Assembly (NCBI GenBank): GCA_038046625.1
Contig: JBBSVV010000018.1
Coordinates: 1 to 18,695, forward strand
From: an archaeon
Lineage (GTDB): Archaea > Iainarchaeota > Iainarchaeia > Iainarchaeales > Iainarchaeaceae
DNA length: 18,695 bases
Direction of reading: 5' to 3'
Of this stretch, positions 1 to 6,567 are shown in pieces. The position numbers were made by a program, and so were the translations under genes. Under the pieces are notes generated by a model, which worked only from the letters and a program-made list of their open reading frames with translations, made no database searches and was not told the DNA's origin. Position 1 is the first letter of the stretch, and each line of letters begins with the position of its first letter.

Positions 1-69
1 GATTGAGTGGGAATGAAGGGAGGAGCAATAATGGGGACGCGACGATTCTCGAAAACGAAATCAAAAGCA

Positions 70-116
70 TTTTAAACTGTTCATTGTTAATGAACATATG
101 TTCAGTATTGATGAAC
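70..116 (+). promoter_or_regulatory. TATA-like box followed by two tandem palindromic operators (GTTCA-N7-TGAAC)
   Basis: TTTTAAA at 70-76. GTTCAttgttaaTGAAC at 79-95 (extends to the 8-bp inverted repeat TGTTCATT/AATGAACA, 78-96) and GTTCAgtattgaTGAAC at 100-116. Both lie just upstream of an HTH-containing gene. Confidence 0.75.
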
Positions 117-127
117 GGTGATTTTTT

Positions 128-745
128 ATGAATATTGTGTCAAGGATTATAGATACCAATTCGAAGACAGAATTGTTAATTAAATTGCTTGAAAGGCCAA
201 ACGCATCTTTTTCGGTTTCGGGACTCGGGAGGCTCGCGGATTTACCCAAAGCGTCTGTTTCAAACATAGTTTCAGAATGGGAAAAAACGGGTTTGGTTCT
301 CTCAACACATGAAGGCAGGAACAAAATGGTTTACATCAACACCAAGTTTTACCTTCTTCCTGAACTGAAAAGGATTTTCGAGAAAACTAGGGATTTCCAG
401 AAACCTTTGATCGAAGAGCTCGGGAAAATGCCGAGCCTGAAAAACAAACAAGTGAAGGCCGTAATAGTGTTTGGCTCTAGGGCAAGGAAAGACTTCACCC
501 ACTACTCCGATTTTGATGTGCTTGTTGTGATAGAAGACAGCAACAGCAATGTTTCTGAAAGAATCATGGAAGAATCCGTAAAAGCATCAGGAAAAACAGG
601 CATTCGTTTTTCACCCGTAATAATGGGAAAAAAGGATTTCCATGACAGGTGGAAAGAAAAAGACAAGTTCATACAAAACATATTGACAGAAGGAAAAACA
701 CTCAGGGGGGGAAAATGGATTGAGCACGCACAAGCAGCACGCTGA
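128..745 (+). CDS. N-terminal winged HTH fused to a minimal nucleotidyltransferase (MNT) domain; MntA-like antitoxin
   Basis: N-terminal wHTH-like segment (SVSGLGRLADLPKASVSNIVSEWEKTGLV) and the Pol-beta-like motif FGSRARKDFTHYSDFDVLV (GS-x10-DxD). Overlaps the downstream HEPN gene. Confidence 0.88.
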   Translation: MNIVSRIIDTNSKTELLIKLLERPNASFSVSGLGRLADLPKASVSNIVSEWEKTGLVLSTHEGRNKMVYINTKFYLLPELKRIFEKTRDFQKPLIEELGKMPSLKNKQVKAVIVFGSRARKDFTHYSDFDVLVVIEDSNSNVSERIMEESVKASGKTGIRFSPVIMGKKDFHDRWKEKDKFIQNILTEGKTLRGGKWIEHAQAAR

Positions 746-1088
746 CCTCGCAAGTGAACGCTACCAGGCAGCAGAGGAACAATTTGAGGACGAAAAATAC
801 CATACGGCAGCGCACCTCTACATCAACGCAGCAATCAATTATCACAATGCAATCTGCCAGAAATTTCTTAAACAAATACCCTCACACAAACAACATTCTG
901 ACACGAGCTACTTCGACGAACTCAAAAAGCCACTTGGTTCAGAACTGCAAAAATACACGGACGCCTACAAATTCCTTATAGGGTACAAGAGCCAAGCAGA
1001 CTACGGAACAGAGCTATCATTCAGCATTGCAAAACAAATCCAGCGAAGGGCAAGGACAATAAAAGAAATAGCTGAACACCTGCTGTAA
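720..1088 (+). CDS. HEPN-domain protein, partner of the MNT
   Basis: 122-aa helical protein with HEPN-type pattern (A...YQAAE..FE..KYHTAA..Y..A; C-terminal KSQADY matching the R-x3-DY type motif). TTG start, overlapping the MNT gene by 26 nt. Confidence 0.75.
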   Translation: MSTHKQHADLASERYQAAEEQFEDEKYHTAAHLYINAAINYHNAICQKFLKQIPSHKQHSDTSYFDELKKPLGSELQKYTDAYKFLIGYKSQADYGTELSFSIAKQIQRRARTIKEIAEHLL

Positions 1089-1094
1089 AAACAG

Positions 1095-1195
1095 CAAGAT
1101 TTTAGGCACTACAGCACACTTTTCAGCTGGCAAAAAGCGATTTTTGGTTGGGCACTACAGATTTACTCAAGGATTTTGGCAATAACTATAGCAAC
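1095..1195 (+). repeat. Degenerate short direct repeats (GATTTT..GGCA..CTAYAG)
   Basis: GGCACTACAG is exact at 1105-1114 and 1151-1160. A third degenerate unit GATTTTGGCAATAACTATAGCA lies at 1172-1193. Confidence 0.5.
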
Positions 1196-1353
1196 TGATT
1201 TTCGAACACAAAAGCAAGGCAATCCTCTATTGTCGTGTTCTCAATGGGATTGAGTGGGGGTAGCACTCCTGCCTGCAGCAAACCCTGAATCGCGATTTTT
1301 GCGGGAGCATTTAAGTTATGTATGCATAACAAATTTCAAAAAGGTTTTTTCTC

Positions 1354-2523
1354 ATGAGTCTGCTCGCATTGCTCAAGCAAAAAGACATTTTGAACGTGCT
1401 TTTTGCGGTTTTCATGTTCTCGTTCGGCTTCGGAATAATTCTGCCGTTGCTCCCTTTCTATTCAATAAGTTTCGGCGCGACTCCGTTTGAACTCGGGCTT
1501 CTCACGGCAACTTTCGCATTCATGAGCCTAGTTTTCAGCCCGATTTTCGGGAAAATCTCCGACAAAGTCGGGAGGAAAAAAGTTCTCGGGTTGGGTGCGG
1601 GTGGATTCATAGTGGCATATGTTATTTTTGCGTTCGCAAACTCGCTTCAAATGCTGTTCATTGCGCGCGCGATAGAAGGGATTTGCGCCGCAGCCATGTT
1701 CCCTTCGGCCGTTTCCCTGCTCTCGGATTTCAGCGATGAGAAAAACAGGGGCGCTATGATGAGCCTCATGAGCATGGCATTCAGCCTCGGTTTTATTCTG
1801 GGGCCAGCTTTCGGAGGAATAGCGTCTTCATTCTCTATACAGGGTGCTTTCCTGCTCGCGGCACTTCTGGCTCTGTTAAATTCTGCATCCATATTTTTAT
1901 TCCTCAAGGAGCCTCAGGAGAAGGAGGAAAGCAAGGGCATTGTTGAAAAGGAAATGGGTTTCCTCGCACACATAAAGAGCCGCACACTGCTGCTTTTCAT
2001 TGCCACGTTCATGCTGAGCTTCATGATTGGTTCCCTGGAAGCGACTTTCGCGCTCTTCACTTCCGAAAAATTCGGTTTCGGCAGCGGCCAGGTAGGGGTG
2101 GTTTTCACTTACATCGGAATACTGATTTTTTTCGGGCAGATGGTTAGCGCAAAGCTCCTGTTGAAGCACAAGGAAACGAGCCTCATCAAGGTCGGTTTCC
2201 TGCTCAACTCAACCGGGTTTCTTGGAATATTTTTCGCGCCCGACATGATAACTCTGGGCTTGACGCTTGCATTGATGGTGTTCGGCAACGCACTGTGCTT
2301 CCCTTCCGTGATTTCTCTCATAACAAAGAAGGCACATGCAAAGCGCGGAACGATTCTCGGTTTGAATTCCTCTTTCCAGTCGCTTGGGCAATTGATTGGC
2401 CCGATTTTTTCAGGATTCCTTTTCGGTTTGGGGCACATCTTTTCCTTTGCAGGGGTCTGGGGAGCGCTCATTGTTTTCCTCATGGTTTTTGCGGGCTTCG
2501 AGTACCTGAACAAGAGATTCTGA
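1354..2523 (+). CDS. MFS transporter, DHA1/TetA-like drug:H+ antiporter family
   Basis: 389 aa with about 12 hydrophobic segments; motif A (GKISDKVGRKKVL) and a motif C-like segment (GFILGPAFGG). Confidence 0.92.
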   Translation: MSLLALLKQKDILNVLFAVFMFSFGFGIILPLLPFYSISFGATPFELGLLTATFAFMSLVFSPIFGKISDKVGRKKVLGLGAGGFIVAYVIFAFANSLQMLFIARAIEGICAAAMFPSAVSLLSDFSDEKNRGAMMSLMSMAFSLGFILGPAFGGIASSFSIQGAFLLAALLALLNSASIFLFLKEPQEKEESKGIVEKEMGFLAHIKSRTLLLFIATFMLSFMIGSLEATFALFTSEKFGFGSGQVGVVFTYIGILIFFGQMVSAKLLLKHKETSLIKVGFLLNSTGFLGIFFAPDMITLGLTLALMVFGNALCFPSVISLITKKAHAKRGTILGLNSSFQSLGQLIGPIFSGFLFGLGHIFSFAGVWGALIVFLMVFAGFEYLNKRF

Positions 2524-2606
2524 ATCCCAAAATAATTTTCAATGCGCATTGGCTGGAAAAAATGCCAAAAGAAAATTTATTATACAGGAAACGGCATTAT
2601 CTGGCT

Positions 2607-2864
2607 ATGAGTTTTCTCACGAAGAACCTTTTCGAGTTGATTTTCTACTCCATACTTGGCGTGTTCCTGGTCTCGCTCTTCTTCATTTCTTTTATCCAGG
2701 GAATCACGCTGCAGCTCGTCGAGAGAAACGTAGGGCAGGCATTCATTTACTACCTCACATCCGTATTCGCCTCGCTGGTTGGCTTCGTTGTTTACCTGCG
2801 CGGGAAAAGGGTAATAGAACTCATTTCCGAGCACGACTTCATCAGGAACCTGTTCAAGGGCTGA
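2607..2864 (+). CDS. Small hypothetical membrane protein (~85 aa, 2 TM)
   Basis: 3' part of the 2295..2864 ORF from the ATG at 2607 (MSFLTKNLFELIFYSILGVFLVSLFFISF...). Has two hydrophobic helices and fills the gap between the MFS and SIMPL genes. Confidence 0.7.
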   Translation: MSFLTKNLFELIFYSILGVFLVSLFFISFIQGITLQLVERNVGQAFIYYLTSVFASLVGFVVYLRGKRVIELISEHDFIRNLFKG

Positions 2865-2926
2865 ACCTGCAAAATAAATTAACCTGCCTTTCGGGCGTTA
2901 GCTTTTTCCCTAACAATGTTGAACCC

Positions 2927-2988
2927 TTTATAAGGAAGTAATTGCCAATATTAGCAATGCATTAAAACCATTTTTTCTTCGGAGGTGA
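2927..2988 (+). promoter_or_regulatory. TATA box, imperfect palindrome and Shine-Dalgarno of the SIMPL gene
   Basis: TTTATAA at 2927-2933; ATTGCCAAT/ATTAGCAAT (8/9 inverted repeat) at 2941-2958; GGAGGTGA at 2981-2988, 6 nt before the ATG. Confidence 0.55.
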
Positions 2989-2994
2989 AAAAGA

Positions 2995-3777
2995 ATGGAT
3001 TTGAACAAGATAGTTCCGGTAATGGGATTGTTCCTCGTAATGCTTCTTGTAGGCCTCGCATTCACTGGCTACGCACAGACAAACACTGCTGAAAAACAGG
3101 GCGTGGCCTCGTTTGCGGAAGACACAAAGGAAGAGCCGAGACTTATTTCCGTGAGCGGAACCGCAAAGAAAACAATGGCTCCAGATACAGCGGAAATTTA
3201 TCTGAGCGTGGAAACTCTCGATAAGTCCGCATCGAAGAGCCAGAACCAGAACGCCGTTATTTCAGAGAAAGTCAGGGCCGCACTGAAGGCAGCTGGAATA
3301 GCGGACAAGGACATACAAACCACTTCATACAACCTTTATCAGGAGTACGAGTGGAACCAAAGCACCTTGAAGTCGGAAGTGAAAGGGTACAAAACAGTGA
3401 ACTCAATCAAGGTAATTGTGAGGAACCTTTCCAATGTAGGAACCACGATAGATGTCGCGGTAGGCGTGGGAGCCAACAGCGTGAGCGGAGTTTCATTCAC
3501 GCTCTCTGATGAGAAGCAGGCCCAGCTCGCGAACGAGGCGCTGCAGCAGGCCGCCGCAAACGCCTCTTTGAAGGCGCAGAACATTGCAAAGGGCCTCGGA
3601 ATAGCCCTGGGCAAAGTCCAGACCGCTTTGGAAAGCTCGAGCTACTACCCGCCGACGCCATACTACAGGTCATATGACCTGGCTGCGGGAGCAACTGCCG
3701 AATCAGCAAAGACGAGCATAACGCCCGGAGACATTGAAGTGAATGCCTCTGTGAGCGTGACATACGAAATAATCTGA
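2995..3777 (+). CDS. SIMPL domain protein (DUF541/YggE/BP26 family), secreted or membrane-anchored
   Basis: N-terminal signal/TM segment; family-type motifs ISVSGTAKKTMAPDTAEIYLSVET, GYKTVNSIKVIVRNL and GANSVSGVSFTLSD; C-terminal PGDIEVNASVSVTYEI. Confidence 0.92.
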   Translation: MDLNKIVPVMGLFLVMLLVGLAFTGYAQTNTAEKQGVASFAEDTKEEPRLISVSGTAKKTMAPDTAEIYLSVETLDKSASKSQNQNAVISEKVRAALKAAGIADKDIQTTSYNLYQEYEWNQSTLKSEVKGYKTVNSIKVIVRNLSNVGTTIDVAVGVGANSVSGVSFTLSDEKQAQLANEALQQAAANASLKAQNIAKGLGIALGKVQTALESSSYYPPTPYYRSYDLAAGATAESAKTSITPGDIEVNASVSVTYEII

Positions 3778-3779
3778 AT

Positions 3780-3825
3780 GAAAAAAACGAGGGGTTGAAA
3801 AAAACCCTTCGGATTTTCTTTTTTT
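3780..3825. terminator. Putative bidirectional terminator between SIMPL and the convergent tRNA
   Basis: Stem CGAGGGGTT/AACCCTTCG (3788-3811) with an A-tract before and a T-tract after. Confidence 0.55.
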
Positions 3826-3850
3826 ACAAAAAAATTAGAAAAACTTTTTC

Positions 3851-3905
3851 GCACTCTTTCTTTTTAGTGCAGGTTTTCCAGCACTCTTTCTTTTTAGTGC
3901 AGGTT
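3851..3905 (+). repeat. Perfect 25-bp tandem direct repeat, two copies
   Basis: GCACTCTTTCTTTTTAGTGCAGGTT at 3851-3875 and 3881-3905 (period 30). Each copy contains a GCACT/AGTGC inverted repeat. Confidence 0.92.
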
Positions 3906-3955
3906 CCTTGTGGAATCAAAGATTCCACGAGGCCTCGTACCCTTTGGGTACAAGG
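3906..3955. repeat. REP-like twin-hairpin element, copy 1
   Basis: CCTTGTGGAATC-AAA-GATTCCACGAGG abuts CCTCGTACCC-TTT-GGGTACAAGG. Positions 3930-3955 match the reverse complement of 18605-18630 at 24/26. Confidence 0.8.
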
Positions 3956-3980
3956 TTTCTTTCTCCGCAGGAGAAAGAAA
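3956..3980. terminator. Perfect 11-bp hairpin just downstream of the tRNA (terminator or processing signal)
   Basis: TTTCTTTCTCC-GCA-GGAGAAAGAAA, starting 8 nt 3' of the tRNA CCA on the minus strand. Confidence 0.55.
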
Positions 3981-3987
3981 AAAGTGC

Positions 3988-4064
3988 TGGTGGACCGACC
4001 GGGACTTGCACCCGGCGCCTCCCCGTTGCGAACGGGGCGCTCTGGCTGTCTGAGCTATCGGCCC
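3988..4064 (-). tRNA. tRNA-Ala, anticodon CGC, CCA encoded
   Basis: Minus strand folds as GGGCCGA TA GCTC AGACAGCCA GAGC G CCCCG TTCGCAA CGGGG AGGCG CCGGG TGCAAGT CCCGG TCGGTCC A CCA. It has the G3:U70 alanine identity pair and A73. A TATA-like CTTATATA lies ~39 nt upstream (4103-4110). Confidence 0.95.
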
Positions 4065-4127
4065 TGAAAAAAACCATTGCTAAAAAGTTTGGTTAGGTAA
4101 AGTATATAAGTAGTTAATTTTCAAATT

Positions 4128-4427
4128 CTAAATTAGTTCTTTATTCCTATTTTTCTTTTTTCCGCCGGCTGCCCGCGCTATCAATCTTCGACCGGTTTTT
4201 GTTGAAATTGTAGCGGCTGTTACTCCAGCACCAATTGCAAGGCCCTTGTTCTGGGTAGCATGATAGGTTGCGGCTCCTGCTGCTGCGCCAATGGCTATAG
4301 TCCTAACTGGTTTACTTGTTGCAACACGCCAGCCAAGCCTTGCTGTTGTGCGAACTGTTGCACCTGCCGCTCTTCTAAAAAGGCTTTTTTTTGGTACGGG
4401 TTTAGCTGGAGGTTTGTGTGCTGGCAT
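4128..4427 (-). CDS. Small, highly basic hypothetical protein with a glycine-zipper-like segment (99 aa)
   Basis: ATG at 4427 (MPAHKPPAKPVPKKSLFRR...), preceded ~22 nt upstream by TTTTTATAT (leaderless archaeal promoter geometry). Contains IAIGAAAGAA and LAIGAGVTAA segments. Confidence 0.7.
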   Translation of the reverse strand: MPAHKPPAKPVPKKSLFRRAAGATVRTTARLGWRVATSKPVRTIAIGAAAGAATYHATQNKGLAIGAGVTAATISTKTGRRLIARAAGGKKKNRNKELI

Positions 4428-4832
4428 TATAGGTTCAAGCACTTTGAGATATAAAAACACGATCTTTTCATTCACTCATTAACGGGAACGCCTAAATAAT
4501 TGATTATTTTTTAACGCCTCCGATTGGCTTGAGGATTGGTTAATCTGCAGGAAAAATCGAATCCTGCAGTATAAGATGCCCAATGTGAAAAAAAAGCTAT
4601 TTTAACCTGTTTGGGCTCGAAAAAGCAACCAGAAACCACAGATTGGCTGAAACGGAAAGCATTAACCAGCTTGAGTCAAATTAAAACAGCTGGAAACCCC
4701 AGAAATCCAAAAAGAACGCCATTTGACAGCTTGTTTCGGGGGAAATGTTTTTAAACATGGGGCGCATATTAATAGTAATTGTTTTATGCCTTGAAACCAA
4801 TGGGCAAGAGCAGGAGAAGGTGAAAAACGAAA

Positions 4833-5282
4833 ATGAACAGTTCCGGTGAAACCATAAGGCTGGATGGCACACACTTGATGCTGGATTGCTTCGGGTGCAA
4901 CAAAAAGGCCTTGGCCAGCGAAGAAGCCATTACGGGGTTCCTGAACGAACTTCCGGACAAGCTGGGGATGAAGAAACTCATAAAACCCTACATTGTAACG
5001 TATCCCGGTGGAGACAGCTGGGATAAGGGGGGCTTGACTGCAATAATGCTTATAGCGGAAAGCCACATAAGCCTGCATACGTTCCCGCACGACGGGTTTT
5101 TCACTGCGGATGTTTATTCCTGCAAACCTTTCGATGTGGAGGAAGCACTGAACATTTTCAGGAGATATTTCAGGGCAAAGACCGAGAAGATACAGATTGC
5201 CAAGCGCGACATAGAGTTCCTCAGGAACAGGAACATGGCGGTTCTCCTGAACAAGCATAAAGTAAAGCAAAAAGGTCAATAA
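4833..5282 (+). CDS. speD: Pyruvoyl-dependent decarboxylase proenzyme of the AdoMetDC/SpeD family; context suggests arginine decarboxylase
   Basis: GTHLMLDCFGC, autocleavage motif IAE|SHISLHTFP and DVYSC. GGAGAAGGTGA ribosome-binding site upstream. Confidence 0.88.
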   Translation: MNSSGETIRLDGTHLMLDCFGCNKKALASEEAITGFLNELPDKLGMKKLIKPYIVTYPGGDSWDKGGLTAIMLIAESHISLHTFPHDGFFTADVYSCKPFDVEEALNIFRRYFRAKTEKIQIAKRDIEFLRNRNMAVLLNKHKVKQKGQ

Positions 5283-5317
5283 ATAAATTTACAGAAAAGC
5301 ATTTGGGGGCGTGAATA

Positions 5318-6520
5318 ATGGGCAAGGTACTGATTATAGGCGCAGGCGGCGTGGGCAATGTCGCGGTAAAGAAGTGCGCGCAGATCCCCGAAGTTTTCGA
5401 CGAAATAATGGTTGCCAGCAGGAGCATCGAGAAGTGCGAGAAAATAAAAAAGGAAACAAAAACCAAAATTCCGATGCGAACCGCAAAGGTTGACGCGGAC
5501 AACGTGAAGGAAACGGCTTCGCTGATTTCAAAGTTCGAGCCGGAAGTCGTGATTAATCTCGCTTTGCCTTATCAGGACCTGACCATAATGGATGCGTGCC
5601 TCGAGACAGGAACGCACTACATTGACACCGCGAATTATGAGCCTCCCGAAGAGGCTAAATTCAGCTATAGTTGGCAGTGGCCTTATGATTCCAAATTCAA
5701 GGGCACGGGAAAAATGGCTTTGCTCGGCTGCGGTTTTGACCCAGGGGTTTCGAACATTTTTTGCGCGTATGCGCAAAAGCATTTGTTCGATGAGATAAAA
5801 AATATTGATATTGTTGACTGCAACGCGGGTTCGCACGGACATCCCTTTGCAACGAATTTTAACCCTGAAATAAACATCCGCGAAATAACGCAGCGCGGAA
5901 AATACTGGGAAAAAGGGCAGTGGAAGGAAATTGAGCCCATGTCAATCAGCTTCGACTTTGATTACCCTGTAGCGGGTCCCAAGAAGAGTTACTTGCTTTT
6001 CCACGAGGAGCTCGAATCATTGGTGAAGAACATCAAGGGGCTTGAACGCATAAGGTTCTGGATGACTTTTTCGCAGAATTACATTACCCACCTCAACGTG
6101 ATTCAGAATCTCGGCCTGAGCAGGATTGATGAGGTTGAGTTTGAGGGCAAAAAAATCGTGCCGCTGAAATTTTTGAAGGCGCTTTTGCCGGACCCATCAA
6201 GCCTGGGCGCAACCTATACAGGAAAAACCGTAATCGGGTGCGTGTTTGACGGCACGAAAAATGGCAAGAGAATTCGGAAATTCATTTACAATGTGTGCGA
6301 CCACGCAGAGGTTTACAAGGAAGTGCAGTCGCAGGCAGTTTCTTACACCGCGGGGGTTCCCCCCGTAATTGGAGCAATGATGATTATGAAGGGCCTCTGG
6401 AAAGGGAAAGGAGTTTTCAATGTCGAACAATTGAACCCGGATCCGTTCATGGAGGAGCTCAACAGGAGGGGCTTGCCTTGGCAAACAGTGGACTTCAAGG
6501 GAAAACTTCTGGAAGGGTAG
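5318..6520 (+). CDS. Carboxy(nor)spermidine dehydrogenase (saccharopine dehydrogenase family)
   Basis: Rossmann motif GAGGVG; family motifs NLALPYQDLTIMDAC, YIDTANYEP, GCGFDPG, FATNFNPEINIREIT and SQAVSYTAGVP. Directly upstream of nspC. Confidence 0.93.
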   Translation: MGKVLIIGAGGVGNVAVKKCAQIPEVFDEIMVASRSIEKCEKIKKETKTKIPMRTAKVDADNVKETASLISKFEPEVVINLALPYQDLTIMDACLETGTHYIDTANYEPPEEAKFSYSWQWPYDSKFKGTGKMALLGCGFDPGVSNIFCAYAQKHLFDEIKNIDIVDCNAGSHGHPFATNFNPEINIREITQRGKYWEKGQWKEIEPMSISFDFDYPVAGPKKSYLLFHEELESLVKNIKGLERIRFWMTFSQNYITHLNVIQNLGLSRIDEVEFEGKKIVPLKFLKALLPDPSSLGATYTGKTVIGCVFDGTKNGKRIRKFIYNVCDHAEVYKEVQSQAVSYTAGVPPVIGAMMIMKGLWKGKGVFNVEQLNPDPFMEELNRRGLPWQTVDFKGKLLEG

Positions 6521-6567
6521 AAACCCCATTCTATGTCATAAATGACACGGGCTTTCCGAAGGCCGAT

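Noticed and set aside
1089..1350. Integron attC site or IS end after the HEPN gene
   Set aside because: No paired RYYYAAC/GTTRRRY boxes with a long hairpin, no clear terminal inverted repeat, and no integrase or transposase in the window.
2295..2606. Long 189-aa version of the small membrane protein, and the 2549..2941 ORF
   Set aside because: Both overlap better-supported genes in other frames and lack protein-like features.
3851..3905. Mini CRISPR array
   Set aside because: Only two 25-bp copies separated by 5 nt, with no spacer-length sequence and no cas genes.
3795..4096. Short ORFs 3795..4067 and 3908..4096
   Set aside because: They run across the repeats and antisense to the tRNA and are not credible coding regions.
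4760..4832. SAM riboswitch upstream of the speD-like gene
   Set aside because: No recognisable SAM-I or SAM-II consensus; only a weak TGCC/GGCA pairing.
5318..6520. Saccharopine dehydrogenase of the aminoadipate lysine pathway, or homospermidine synthase
   Set aside because: The motifs and the adjacency to nspC identify the carboxyspermidine dehydrogenase subfamily; lysine is made here by the DAP route.
6295..6567. 461-aa NspC starting at GTG 6295, as in the ORF track
   Set aside because: It would overlap the dehydrogenase by over 200 nt, and the extension before about 6517 has no NspC-like character.
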